This document shows positions 12,081 through 27,039 of a stretch of 64,000 nucleotides of DNA, in pieces. Origin of the DNA: Octopus sinensis (taxonomy: Eukaryota). Within the stretch, counting starts at the first letter, position 1; each line of letters begins with the position of its first letter. Both the position numbers and the translations under genes were made by a program. The notes beneath the pieces are model-generated. The model had not been told where the DNA came from and did no database searches. It was given only the letters and a program-made list of their open reading frames with translations. The stretch covers positions 7,874,001 to 7,938,000 of the forward strand of contig NC_043026.1 in NCBI RefSeq assembly GCF_006345805.1, read 5' to 3'.

Positions 12081-13992
12081 GTATGTCAGAGACTATTTTC
12101 TTTGTTGTTGTTCCCTAATTTATCAGACTTATCATACAAAGCATTCCAGTTATGACCATCCCACTCACTTTCAGTAATGTTTTTATCTTTGTATAGGAAA
12201 AGGAAAACCTCTCAATATTACCCAATTTTTTCATTTTTCTCTCAGTCGACAGAGTGTGATTTCATTGCTATTTCTTGCACCTTGAATGAATGAATAAAGG
12301 CTTAATCATTGTTTTACTATTTGGGACAAACTCGCTGATGGAATCAAACCATGTAGCTGCTGCAGACTGGATCCAATGGCCAGGACACCAGAGAGAGAGA
12401 GAGAGATGTTAACCATTTAACTATGAAATTTGCGTCTTTGGCCTTGCCTGTTACTTTCTGTCCCTATCTCTCAGTCTGAGAGCATTGTCATAAAGGTGTA
12501 TGGCTTAATAGTTAGGGTGTTGCACTCATGATTGTCAAGGCCGTAGTTTCAATTGCTGGATCAAGCAGTATGATGTGTTCTTCATTTCATTTCACATTGC
12601 TTGAAATCACTTCAACATCTGATGTTGATTAGATGCAGGGAATGAGCTAACGTGCAGCAGAAGCATTTGATTGCGAGAAACAAATCTGTGGAGATTGTTC
12701 AGTAAAAAAATTGCAGAAACCCCTCATCTCTTGTCTGATAGGTGAGTCTTCCATGTGTGTGTGTGTGTGTGTGTAAAACACTTCATGAACTTGTTTGGCA
12801 AATGTCTTGAAATAATAATCAATGGTGAGGTGCAAGTGTGGCTGCATGGTTAAGAAATTTGCTTCCTGACCATGTGGTTTTGGGTTCAGTACCACTATGT
12901 GGTACCTTGAGCAAGTATTTTTTGTTTGAGTTCTTGGCCAACCAAACTCTTGGCGGACGAAATCTGAAAAAAAACCCATCCTCTGTGTGTGTGTTAATGT
13001 CCCTTCAGTTTGACATCATGCAGTTATTGTAAGTTGTGAGTGTCACAGCACTGGTGTGTTTTTTGCAGTCTCCTGTGTAAAGATGTCCATCCATGATAGA
13101 AAAAAGCCCATCGCCTTTATCTTCATTTAACATTCATTTTCCATGCTGGCCTGGTATGATTGGACAGCCTGATAGGATCCACCTGTTCAGAGGACTGCTT
13201 CATGTTCCAATGTCAACTTTCACTTAGTTTCTATGGTTGGATGCCTTTCCAAATGCCACCCACTTTACAAAATGTATTGAGTGATTTTTTTTTTTGTGTG
13301 AGGATGCCTTGCATCTTGCAACATTGTAAACCTCATGTGGCGAGGAGAAACTTCATTATACGAGGAGGAGGAGGAGGATAAGGAGCAGAAAGAAAAGGGC
13401 TGACACAGGATAGGTTACTTGCTGAAGAGGAGCTACAGGACACCTGACATTTTAGAAGGGAAGGTTTGGGACGGAGCTAGAAATTACTATTGGGGTGTCA
13501 GAGAGGGCCTTTAATGTATGAGGTGGGTAGGAACAAGTAGGGCAGAGGTGCCAGCAGTGAATGGGAAAGGTTGATCTCATACATCCCTTAGAATAAAGCG
13601 AACCACACTGTCTCTTGTGGCTCTCAGTCTTGTGAGCTATAAAGTCACTGGTGCTGGTGCCATGACATAAAGCACCCAGTCCACTCTCTGAAGTATTTGG
13701 CATTAGAAAGGGTACCCAGCCATAGAAACGCTGCCACAGCAGAAGCCGAAGCCCAATGCAGTCCTTGCACCATTGGATCCTGTCAAACTGTCCAACCCAT
13801 GCCAGCAGGGAACATGGGCGTTAAATGAAGATAATTAATAATTGGCAGAATCTCTGTTATTTTCAGCCGTAAATATAATACCTGGTGGCCACCCACTTTT
13901 GCATCTGGTAGGAGCAGGTATAGGGAAACAGTGTCACACCTGCTGAAGGCTTTCCACAGGTTGAAAGGTTTAATAATATTAAAAGGACATCT

Positions 13993-14211
13993 AAGGCAGT
14001 GAGCTGGCAGAATTGTTTGGGGGCCAGGCAAAATGCTTAGCGACATTTCTTCTGACTTTACATTCTGAGTTCAAATGCTGCCAGGGTTGACTTTGCCTTT
14101 CTTCCTTTCGGGGTCGATAAAATAAATACCATTTGAGCACTGGGGTTGACGTAACCCACTTACTCCTTCCCCAGAAATTGCTGGCCTTGTGTCAAAGCTT
14201 GAAACCAATAT
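13993..14211 (+). mobile_element. SINE family B (gagctggcagaa...ttctgagttcaaat...gtcgataaaataa.tacc...cactggggt...aaattgctggccttgtg)
   Basis: tRNA-like head; related copies at about 15954-16181, 19613-19816, 44913-45105, 49755-49945 and 49968-50172. Confidence 0.75.
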
Positions 14212-14369
14212 TAAAAGTATGTCTCCTTTGGTTTACACTTGTGGGCCAACCAGTTGGGACTACTGTATAGGTAGAACACATACAGCCCTGTATTGAGTTC
14301 TTCAAGAACCTTCTTTGTTTAATTTGTTGCTTGAAACAATATTTCCAGTTTTCTTTATTTTAATTGAAG

Positions 14370-14508
14370 CTATGAACGAGAAGAAGCTTTCTTTGCCCTG
14401 AATTTGACAGTAAAAAATGCCACTTTACAAGATTCTCTGGACCAGTTTGTGAAAGGGGAACTTCTTGAAGGAGACAATGCTTACTTTTGTGAGAAATGTC
14501 AAGAAAAG
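14370..14508 (+). CDS. USP24: USP24-like exon ([12 protein letters not shown]...[13 protein letters not shown])
   Basis: AAG acceptor after a T-rich tract, gtaaat donor; second CxxC; phase 2 to 0. Confidence 0.93.
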
Positions 14509-15953
14509 GTAAATCTATCTCACATCTTTTTCCCACTGTTTTTTGTGGCTTTCATTATTTCATGCACACACTCCCCCCCCTGTTCTTCTCTTTCTTATTC
14601 CTTGTTCTTACCCCCCTCCATCCTGCAATTATCTGACAACTGGCAAAAATACTTTCCTTTCCATATTTGCTCCCTCCCAACTTCCACTGTGACCCCTGGC
14701 TCAGTCCTTCCCTCACAAAGTGGTAACTCAATCAAATGTGTTTTTCTGCTTTATTGTTGTTGTAAGGTAGGTGTGATTTGAAGGGCGTTTACCTGCTATT
14801 TCTAGTTGGTTGAATGATTGTGTTGGGTCCCTCTCATCGGCCCTTGATTGGACGGTCAGTGTAAGAATGTGTGCTGCACTCTCCAACGATCCTGACTCTT
14901 TCAGTTGATTGAATCAATATTTTAAGTGACTGAGTATTCCACAGACGCAGTTGCAGCCTTAACATAATTCTGAGCTAAAATCAGTGTGATACTGTGTGTG
15001 TATGTGTTTGTGCATGCATGTAACAAGTCGGGGAGGGGGGCGTCCTTGAAAGAGATAAAGAAGAATCATCCTCAATACATGACTGGTATTTTAACCCTTC
15101 TCTGTTCAGATTACTCTGTCCACAGTAATTCTTATTTACTCCCATTGTTTTGTGTTAATCCTGGATTATCTCACAGTTTCAAGATTTTGATGATTTGATT
15201 GTTTATTTTCAGAATGACCTAGTAGGGTAGGTGTGAGAGGTTGAATCTGGGCAGTTTGAACACAAAACAGAATATCTAAGCCTGATATATCCATGCTAAA
15301 GAGTTAATCACTGTTCCTGGAAAGATGTCAAAGGTGACTTTGGCAGGATTTGAACCCTGATCTTTGAGAACCACAATACTACAAGGCATCCTATTTGGTT
15401 TCCAAAATGAGTGTCTACAGTGGGTTGGGAGTTTCTCAACAGCAGCTAATTAATACACTCAATAACGAACTTATTAAAATGGTGTATAGAATGTTTTGTG
15501 ATATCCATTCAGGCCTTGTAGATTCTAAGTCCATAATCCCAGATGGTTATTTGCCCTTTATTGCTCTAGGGGTCAATAAAATATGAATCAAGTGAGGCGG
15601 ATTAACAGAAATGCTGGAATATCGGAATTGGCAGGGAAAGTGTTTCCGTTCTCGCTTTTTATCTTTTGTCAACTGTGACATTGATAGCTATGTGCATTGG
15701 CCCTTATCTTATCTTTGATTAGTGATGGTTGATGAGGGGGACACTGATCTTCTTCTTACCCAGGTATACACTTTGAAAAGGGAGCTTCTCTAGTGAAAAC
15801 TCATGACATCACAAAACCTATGGAAGTTCTTGGTAGTCAGTTAGATCAGGACTGACATAGTTACCTCAGAAGTTCTTTTTCCTCAACTGAAATGCATCTC
15901 ACAATGTCGAACTAGGAATATCTGCATATCTCTAATTAGATTTGGTAAATCCT

Positions 15954-16181
15954 TGAGTTGGCAGAAACGTTAGAACACTGGACGAAATGCTTAGTGGTAT
16001 TTCATCTGTCTTTATGTCCTGAGTTCAAATTCCGCCAAGGTTGACTTTGCCTTTCATCCTTTTGCGATCGATTGAATAAGTACCAGTTACACACTGGGGT
16101 TGATGTAATCGACTTAATCCCTTTGTCTGTCCTTGTTTGTTCCCTTTATGTTTAGCCCCCTGTGGGCAATAAAGAAATAAA
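15954..16181 (+). mobile_element. SINE family B copy
   Basis: Same head and centre as 13993-14211, with a different 3' tail. Confidence 0.7.
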
Positions 16182-16821
16182 ATATTGTGTGTCTCTACCA
16201 GTAACTTCAGTGTTGTTAGGTGGTCTTCATCCTGTTTTAAGGTGTAGAACCCTCCAAAATCTAACATCTGAGATGACCGGCATTGGCCAGCCACACCTTC
16301 CCCAGCATGTAGGGAACAATTGATTTTTAACTCATAGACATTCTATGAAATGCATTTTATTTTATGAATACAAACTTGTTGCCTGTTTGAATATGTTTGA
16401 TGCAAGAAAGTCATTCACTGTGTATTGTCATGTAGAAAATTATTTATTGAAGACAAACAGGTGAAAATATACTGAATCTACTCACAACATCACCTGACCA
16501 GGCTGTGGGATACATGCTGTTTGGAGTAGTCATCTCTTCTTCAACCACAGAGACTTCAAAGAAGATAACCACTCTGAAATGCATGTGTCCCACAGCCTGG
16601 ATCAGGTGCTTCTGTCAGCTGACTCAGTGTTTTACAAAATATGGAGAATGGCTTTTTTATGGGTTCAAATATGCCTCAAACACATTTGAACTGGTTTGTA
16701 TTTAAACATGTCACTGCTTAGCGCTCTCACCCTGAGTTTCATAAATGCCCTGCTGGTATTGTTACTTTTATAAGAATGGAACTCACAATCTATTGATTGT
16801 GTTGTATATTGTCCACTTCAG

Positions 16822-16941
16822 AGGAACACCATCAAACGTATGTGTATCAAAACACTGCCACCATTGTTGTGCATCCAGTTGAAGCGGTTTGGTTATGACT
16901 GGGAGGCGCAGAAAGCATTGAAGTTTGATGACTATTTCAAG
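16822..16941 (+). CDS. USP24: USP24-like exon (RNTIKRMCIKTLPPLLCIQLKRFGYDWE...DDYFK)
   Basis: ttcag acceptor, gtaggt donor; LP..L.IQLKRF motif; phase 0 to 0. Confidence 0.95.
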
Positions 16942-17044
16942 GTAGGTGATGTTTATTATAGATATGTGTGTGTATATATCTATATATGGCTCTATTTGTC
17001 TGTCACACTGTCTGTGTGTGTGTGTGTGTGTGTGTGTACATATA

Positions 17045-17408
17045 GGCACAGGAGTGGCTGTGTGGTAAGAAACTTGCTTCCCAACCGCATGGTTCCCGGT
17101 TCAGTCCCACTGCATGGTACCTTGGGCAAGTGTCTTCTATAACCTCAAGCAGATCAAAGTCTTGTGAGTGGATTTGGAAGATGGAAACTGAAAGAAGCCC
17201 ATTGTGTGAGTGTGTGTCCATCATCACTTGACAACCGATGTTAGTGTGTTTACGTCCCCGTAACTTAATGGTTCAGTAAAAGAGACTGATAGAATATAAG
17301 TACTAGGCTTACAAAGGTTAAGTCCTGGGGTCGATTTGTTCAACTAAAGGTGATGCTCCAGCATGGCCACACTTAAATGCCTGAAACAAGTAAAAAGAAC
17401 AAAAGAAT
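17045..17408 (+). mobile_element. Full-length SINE family A
   Basis: Head, centre and tail match 44379-44772. Confidence 0.85.
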
Positions 17409-17469
17409 ATATATGTAGCACATTTATATATATATATAGATGTATATATATATATGTGTATATATATAT

Positions 17470-19289
<1,820 letters not shown>

Positions 19290-19580
19290 CATGTGATTGT
19301 TGGCAGTTTCACCTTACCGGCACGTGCTGGTGGCATGTGAAAAACAACATTCGAGTGTGGTCGTTACAAGAACCGCCTGACTGTCCCTCATACTCTCATA
19401 CTGGTGGGCACATAAAAGCACTCACTACACTCTCGGAGTGGTTGGTGTTAGGAAGGGCATTCAGCTGTAGAAACTTTGCCAGATCAGATTGGAGCCTGGT
19501 GCAGACTTCTGGTTCACCAGTCCTCAGTCAAAACGTTCAACCCATGCCAGCATGGAAAGTGGACGTTAAATGATGATGAT
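19290..19580 (+). mobile_element. RTE LINE 3' UTR and tail fragment
   Basis: ggttggtgttaggaagggcattcagctgtagaaac...catgccagcatggaaagtggacgttaaatgatgatgat; same end as the 38540 element. Confidence 0.8.
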
Positions 19581-20774
19581 GTGAATGGTAACATAATGTC
19601 TATTATAGAACTAAGGATGGCAAGTTGGCAGAATTGTTAGCATGCCAAGCAAATTGCTTTGTGGCATTTCATCATTGTAAGAGTTCAAATTCTGCTATGG
19701 TTGGCTTTGCCTTTTATCTTTGAAGGGTTGATAAAATAAGTACCTGTCAAATGCTGGGATTGATGTAATCAACGTTCCCCTCCCTTGAAATTGCTGGCTT
19801 TGTGCCAAAATTTGAAATTAATGTCTATAACTAATATGATTATGAAACAGCTGTAAACTAATGGAATAAACATCTATTCTCTCACTTCACTTATCTGCTG
19901 AATACATGCACACACACACACACACACATATATACACGTCACACATGTACCTATGAATACAGGTGTGATTGTGTAGTTAAGAAGTTTATTTCCCATCTAT
20001 GTGGATTTCGTTTCAGTCTCACTGCTAGACACTTTGGGCAAGTGCCTTCTAATGTAGCTCTGGGCTGACCAAATCCTTGCCATTGATCAGCTAGATAGAC
20101 ACTGAAGAAGCCCATTGTATGTGTGTATTGGTGCCTTGTTGTCTTAACATTGTATAATAGCTGTAAATGAATGTCACTGTCATACAAGCAGTGTCTCTTG
20201 TTTCCACTCCTCTGTGAAAATATGTCCAATTATGGGGGGAGTGTCACCTAGACTGAGGAAATAGGTGTGAGATGGGGGACAGAAAGGGCATCCAGCCATT
20301 GAAAATCTACCAGAAGAATTTTTCAATCTATCCCCTTCCTGGTTTTGGAATATTTAACTCTGTCCTCATAACAATATTCCAGATTATTTTGAACTTGGCT
20401 GCTCATTTCCTCTTGTATCGAACCAGCTGATGAAATGTGCAAGGCTTCAAAATGGTCTCTCAACATGCTTGAAATTAAAGCCAAGTTTCTGAAAAATAAC
20501 TCTTTCCAAAATTTCTCATTGCTCCCCTGGCCTTTGCACATCCCACAAAAATATGGAATCTGTCTACATAGTTGTTTCCCAGATCACCAACCTACACTGA
20601 AGTAGATTTTTACCCCTTCCCCACTAATTAACAAGAAGCTGAAATCAAGCTTCTGTCCATAGAATTCCTTATTGGAAGAGTTTTAAAAGTTCCAAATTGT
20701 CTTTAAAAACTAACACAAAAACGCTGTTTAAGTTAAACCTTCCTCCCCAAGCACTAATTTTATGTGCGGCCCAA

Positions 20775-21035
20775 TATTTGAAGATCATGCTTCACCACAT
20801 GATCCCATGTCTTCATGTGTCTACCCCTTTCACATGTTCCCTCTACAGTTAGAGATTGGCACTACTTTACCCAGCTGTCCACATCCATATGCATCATATA
20901 ACCATACCAGCTCAGTCGTCTCACTTGCACACCACATCTGATGCCTCTTATGCCCAACTTTTCTTTCAGGATGCTTACACTCATTCATGCATGCACACTG
21001 ACATTGCACATCCAGTGAAGCATTCTAGCTTCAGT
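20775..21035 (-). mobile_element. Old RTE RT C-terminal fragment
   Basis: Similar to 39100-39350 (gcacaccacatctgatgc, catgtcttc...gtctacc). Confidence 0.65.
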
Positions 21036-22044
21036 TCTTTCAAGCCTTGAAAATGTTTTTCACTCTATAGTTTAAACATCTTGAGGATTCAGTATTTTCA
21101 TTCTTAGTATTTTTTGAGTTTTGTTTCAGTGGCAATTATTTTACAGCTGTAAAAAGAGTGGACACTAGTATGAAAGATCTCCATGGTACATGAGACTGGA
21201 AGTCACTAGAACAGCAGAAAATTTCATTGATAGCTTAATCCTGACTACATAATATTAGCTGTATGTGTGTATCTAGGACTACATTAAATAAACGTAAATT
21301 ACTTATTTAAGATGGTAGGGTGTGATTTGAGGTTGAGTTGGCTGCTATTACTTGCACACCAAGCAACATTTAGTTCAACATTGGCCAACTGTTTTATCCT
21401 TAGAATACATTACATGTCTCATGGAAAACCTTACACAGCAATTATTCTATTTCTTTTTTAATCTTTTCATTTACCTTTCATAAGAGCTTAAATCTTAAAA
21501 CATTCTTTGAAAGGTTTGTCAGTGTTAACTTCATCAGACATCACAAAGAAGGTTTTAAAATTTTATCTTTTTTACTAAGACCCTGTTTTCAACTGTATAT
21601 CCCTACAATTCTCTATGAAGCCATTTTTATGTAAAGTCTCTTTACTACCTACTGTTACCAGCATTTTTCTACTAAATATGTCACATATCATCATCATCAT
21701 TTAATGTCCATCTTTCATGTTGGCATAAGTTCAACAGTTTAAGAGGATCCACCAAGTCTGTTCCAATATCTGATTTGGATGGTTTCTACAACTGGATGCC
21801 CTTCCTAACACTGACCACTTTACAGAGTAACTGTGTGCTCTTTTCCATGGCATCAACCCTAGTGAGGTCACCATGTCACTGAAGACTGAAGAACCCCTCA
21901 ACTGGGTGGGAATAAAATAGAGGGAAACAGCTTTATGTTGAGAAATAAAGGGTTAAAATTTGAAAGTATATACAGTTAATTACAAACATATAATTAAATA
22001 CAAAACTATATTTGTATAGAATTAGTGTATTTCTCATTATTTCT

Positions 22045-22290
22045 TGCTGAATGCCTAGTGACCTGTGTGGGACCTAGCAACCTACTGCAAAAGTGTCACA
22101 AAACCCTTAGCAAACTCTTGTAGAGCTCCTTATGGGATCCTTTATAATTTCCTGTAGAATTACTAGCAATCTTCCATGGAAAATCTAATGAGCCCTTGCA
22201 GAACTACTAGTGACCTCTCACAGAACTACCAGGAATCTGTTGTGGAACCCCTAGCAACATATCATGAAACTTTGGTGGTAGACTTTGACC
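22045..22290 (+). repeat. Degenerate 22-bp minisatellite, about 10 units
   Basis: Units such as gaattactagcaatcttccatg, gaactactagtgacctctcaca, gaactaccaggaatctgttgtg, gaacccctagcaacatatcatg. Confidence 0.65.
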
Positions 22291-22315
22291 CCTTTTTTTT
22301 TATGATTCTTTGTAG

Positions 22316-22590
22316 TTTCCCTGGGTCCTCGACATGGAGCCTTATACAGCTGAAGGGATGGCAAGGCGAGAGAGTGAAATCCTTCACAACTATTCTGATG
22401 AGGAGACTAGTGAGAAATCAACGTTGGGGTTGTCATGTCAGGAAGACTCGGCAGATGGTCAGTATGTTGATCCCGTCACCTCAACAAACCAAGTCATACC
22501 AAACCGAATACATTATGAACTTGTTGGCATTGTCGTCCATAGTGGTCAAGCTAATGCTGGCCACTACTACTCCTTTATTAAAGACCGCAG
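22316..22590 (+). CDS. USP24: USP24-like exon carrying the catalytic His box (FPWVLDMEPYT...VHSGQANAGHYYSFIKDR)
   Basis: tgtag acceptor, gtgagt donor; phase 0 to 2. Confidence 0.97.
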
Positions 22591-23432
22591 GTGAGTTGCA
22601 GTGTTTCCAAGGATGACCACCACTACTGCTGCTGCTACTGTCATTCCTTATTTCTCTTTTTCTTTTTACCTCTTCACTTAGGGAGGGAAAAGCAGCTCCC
22701 TTGACCCCTTTTATTTTCAGAGTCCACTGAAACTGGGGGGTGGGGAGGAAGTAAGGTGTGATCCTCAAACCAGAGACTTGGTCTCAAAGCTTCTAACAAG
22801 GTAATTCCCCCCTCCACACTGAAGTGACCCCAGGACAAGTTGAGGGATCAAGTTTACTACAAAGCAAATCAGAACACAAAGGGAGGAAACAGACAATACA
22901 AGTTATCTGTATCAATTCCAGTGGTTAATTAGTAGTCATTAGTGCAGACCACAAAGTACCTTGTGGTATTTGTTCTGGATCTTCTAACTCTTGAGTTCAA
23001 ATCCCACCTAGATAAATTAACTTTTCATCAATCAAATTCATCAATTCCCTGGTCAAGGAGTTGTTAGAACATTGTTAGAAACACCTTGTGGTATTTGATC
23101 CCTCACTTTGTGTTCTGAGTTGTTGTGTAGTAGATGTAACTCCTCACTTAATCCTGGGGTCATTACAGCCAAGTCTTTGATTTGAGGACTACTTCCTCCA
23201 TCATTCCTAAGTGCTAACAAAAAAATTCTTACTTCTTTACCAATATATATCTGTCTGTGTCTGCCAAACCATTTCCCTGTATGTTGAGTTTACTTCTCAC
23301 TTTTATAATCCACCTCTCTCGGCACAGCCACTATCCTGCACAACAAAGAATTGACACATGACTTAGTGTTTTATACACATGCACATTCTCCTATTGATCT
23401 GATGAACCTTTTTTTTTTTGTGTGAGTTGCAG

Positions 23433-23572
23433 AGGGACAGTCTCAACAAATCCTAAGAAGGGCTGCTGGTTCAAATTCAACGACATCACAGTAGAAGAGT
23501 TTCACATGACAGATGCCAACCTTGAAGCTGAATGCTTTGGTGGATTTTACAAAGCAAAAGTTTATGACCAAA
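23433..23572 (+). CDS. USP24: USP24-like exon (GTVSTNPKKGCWFKFNDITV...ECFGG...VYDQ)
   Basis: tgcag acceptor, gtaagc donor; W.KFND third catalytic motif; phase 2 to 1. Confidence 0.95.
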
Positions 23573-24429
23573 GTAAGCATTGCCATATGTCTCTGACCAA
23601 ATTATTATCAGATGTCTAGGAGCAAAAATATATGTGTGTGTGTCTATATAAATAGATGTACATATCTATCTAATATATATGTGTGTGTGTGTATATATAT
23701 ATGTCTATATAAATATATGTACATATCTATCTATCTATCTATCTATCTATCTGATGTGTGTGTGTGTAGATATATGTACATATGGCTAAAACTTGCCCTG
23801 TTTATAATTGTACCACGTTACATATTTATTATATCATACCTTGATGCTGTGTGGACTAAGATCCCCGTCGACAGGCCACTGCTATTTATAGTATTAAATA
23901 CTTTTGGTATGCAAATTAGGGACTCCTTCATAGAGTAACTGCTGCATTTGTTGAGTATATAAACAGTTTGGCTGTTTGTTTCTCTGGTGATTGTCAAAAT
24001 GATGTGGCCACCTCTGATGAGAACCTAATAAGGGTTGAAAATCAATTAAACTTGTTCATTTTTTTCAGTCTGTGGAGAAATGGCTAAAATTTGCCCTGTT
24101 AATAGTTATACCATAAGTTACATATCTATCTATCTATCTAGCTATATATATATTGTCAATAAAACATATATCAGAAAAGAAGCATACTCTAAAGAATAGA
24201 GCAGTAATTATTACAAAAATATAAAATTTTGGACATAGAGTTGCCAAAGCCTTGGCACAAAAATAGAATGTAGAAGAGAGATGTAGTCCTCCACCCCCAT
24301 CTAGGAGGAGCAGTAACTGGCAGACTCAAGTGCAGCACAGAGGCAGCTGACATGAAAGGATGCGGGGGATTGGCTGAAATTTAATTCAATTGTAAAATAT
24401 AAGACATCTGTCACTTCTGCTGCTTCCAG

Positions 24430-24568
24430 ACATGACCTACCCTGAAGATCGGATCCGTTATTGGAATGGTTATATGTTGTTCTATGAACGAATGGACGAA
24501 CCGAAGACACCTGTTTCTGCAAAGAAATCCAAAGTTTCTCTGTCTAAATGTTCTCATTTTGAACCAAG
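24430..24568 (+). CDS. USP24: USP24-like exon (MTYPEDRIRYWNGYMLFYER...FEPR)
   Basis: ttccag acceptor, gtaagt donor; RYWN.YMLFY.R marks the end of the USP domain; phase 1 to 2. Confidence 0.93.
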
Positions 24569-26395
24569 GTAAGTGTTTGTCTTTTCATTCTGGTTTCAAT
24601 TAATACAAACTTTAATAACTGGAAACCTTGTGTGTGTGTGGAGGGCAGCGTGCATAACATCTACAAAATAGCTTATCTGTAGGAAAGACGTGTTAGAAGG
24701 ATGACAGGGCAGACTTTGTGTCGATGGAGAGGTGTAGGAATGACAACCTTCCAAAATGTTTGTTGCTATGGAAACCTCAACAGTAAGCAAAACAAACCTG
24801 CTTGTCTTGAGCAGGAAATGCTCCTCCCTGCTCTCAAGACATGATATCCTGGAGTAGAAGCTCTTCTAGGTGGGCATTGATGTCTTAGGAGCTCAGAATA
24901 TCTTGTTTAAGATGTTGCACAGAGGACAGTTTATCTCCTGGTAACCAGCTGCAGGACTGAGAATCATCTCAGTTGTTTTGGCCATTTTGATTATTGTGAA
25001 TTTTATTATTTATTCAATGCACACATCGTGATCATTGGGCAGATACTGTAAGCACTCTGCTAACTCACTACCTTAAGGAAAAGAAAGGGATGATGAAAGC
25101 GAAGTGATGGTCAAGGCTGGAATGCCTTTGATCATAAGTTTGTTCAATATCCATGCGCCTTGGGTTAAATAACAGCTACAAATATCTTTGTGTGCTGTCA
25201 GTCTGACGATTATCTGTTCTGTAGCGAAATGATTGAATGAGCAACATGAAAGATCTCCAGTGGAGCCGTAAAGTATTTCTGATTATTCTGACAAATGTAA
25301 GGCTTAAGTATTCACACCTTTTTGAATTAATCTTACATCATCATTATCATCATCATCATTGTTTAACATCCGCTTTCCATGCTAGCTTCGGTTAGCATCA
25401 TTTCATAGCTTTGAGATTTCAATGATGTGACATAATTATTTTTAAAATGACACTAAAGCAATTATGAAAGACCATATCTGATCAGTTTGAAAAGGAAACA
25501 GAATATTTTGGCTGGATATGGCTAGTTTAAACACTGAAGGGTTAAACAGATACACTCGCACAGACATTGCCTCAGTTCACTAAACGTCAGTAAACATTTC
25601 TGACCTACAATAAATGTGTTTGTGAAATGGAACACGTGTCTTTCATCCTCTGACAATAGCGGACATTGAGAGATGAAAGTGGAGGAGGTGAATTATTAAT
25701 TGTTGTTGTATGGATGGATACACCCAGTATCAAACATCAGTTGAAATGTACATGTGTGAGTGAGTGAAGGGGTGTGCTGTCATGTATATGTACATGCATG
25801 AATAAATAGGCGTACATCTTTGTGTGTGTGAGAGGTAGAGTGCCATTTAGACATTCTTCCTCTCTCTCACAGACACACACACACACAGAGAAAAAGATGT
25901 TTACATATGTATTTATGTGTGTACGTATACATGACAACACACCCCTTCAAACAGACACACACGTACATACAGAAACACGTGGGTGTGTGTGTGACTGACT
26001 ACAAATAGATACCAGATGTGTACACGGCATGCAGAAAGGAAATAAACTGAAAAGCTTTACGGAAATGAAACCTGGAGAGAGAGAGAGAGAGAGAGAGCAT
26101 TGCAAACAATGAATGAGATAAACATGGAATGAAAAAAATCATACAAATTAAAAAAGTTTAAAAAAGTCTCTAGTTTCAAATTTTTAAATTTGTGAACTCC
26201 ATAAATGTTTCTTTCAGTAATTTGTTTTAGTTGTTTACAAATAGCAAACATTAAAATGGAGACTGAGAGACTTTGCCGTTTTTACGTCAATACTGGAAGT
26301 TGTCTTTGAGAAACCTTTTTAAAAAAGTAAATCATTAATATAAAGCAATATTTGATATTTTTAATTTTAAAAAATCAAATGAAGATCCTATTATG

Positions 26396-26492
26396 TGTCC
26401 GAGGTCAAATAATTCATGCATCACAGGTATGGAAGTAATTGGTGAAGACGTTTTCACGTGAAAAGCGAATACACACACATCTCTATTTTATA
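26396..26492 (+). mobile_element. 3' end of a Helitron-like non-autonomous element
   Basis: Copy of 10008-10114; perfect 14-bp palindrome TTTTCACGTGAAAA at 26451-26464. Confidence 0.5.
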
Positions 26493-26710
26493 AAAAAAAA
26501 AACTTTCAGGGACAAACGTGGTTTATTGAGACGGCAGGTTTTGGATATTTTTGTGTGAGTGTTTCATAATGAGTAGGTGACCAGAGTTGCCAGGTGTGTG
26601 AATAAGAATACCAGGGCTGCATATATTTCATAGGTTTTACTCACTATGAAACATATGTAGTCCAGACCTTATCTACTCTATTCCATAACTCTTGTATGTA
26701 TGTATATATA

Positions 26711-26742
<32 letters not shown>

Positions 26743-26744
<2 letters not shown>

Positions 26745-27039
26745 CTAGCAGTATCGCCCGGCGTTGCTCGGGTTTGTAAGGGAAATAACTATATAAGCAT
26801 TTTTAGAGAGTTACTTCCCTTATATAAAACCGAGCGAAAAATGGATTAAAAATGGGGAAAAGTGATGGTAAATTTTTTTTAAATCGTAGACGCACACTAA
26901 TACCCAGAAGGGCTCGATATGAATCACGACTATAAGATACCCACTTTTGGTTAAACTGCACCGCAAAATATGGGAGTAGTTAGGAATCTAAATCGGAGTA
27001 GACAGACACACACACAACTACAGTTTTATATATAAAGAT
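26743..27039 (+). mobile_element. Non-autonomous Helitron/Helentron-type element (HINE, DINE-1/Lep1-like layout)
   Basis: Inserted in a (TA)n tract; starts TACTAGC, has a 5' hairpin cccggcgttgctcggg, an (ACAG)/(AC)n tract near the 3' end, and ends ttttatatataaagat. Confidence 0.65.

Noticed and set aside
22176-22616. 146-aa ORF overlapping the His-box exon in another frame
   Set aside because: Starts in the intronic minisatellite, has no recognisable motif, and is explained as a shadow frame.
25205-25240. CTGACGA...GCGAAA spacing suggestive of a hammerhead
   Set aside because: No stem II, III or I pairing.
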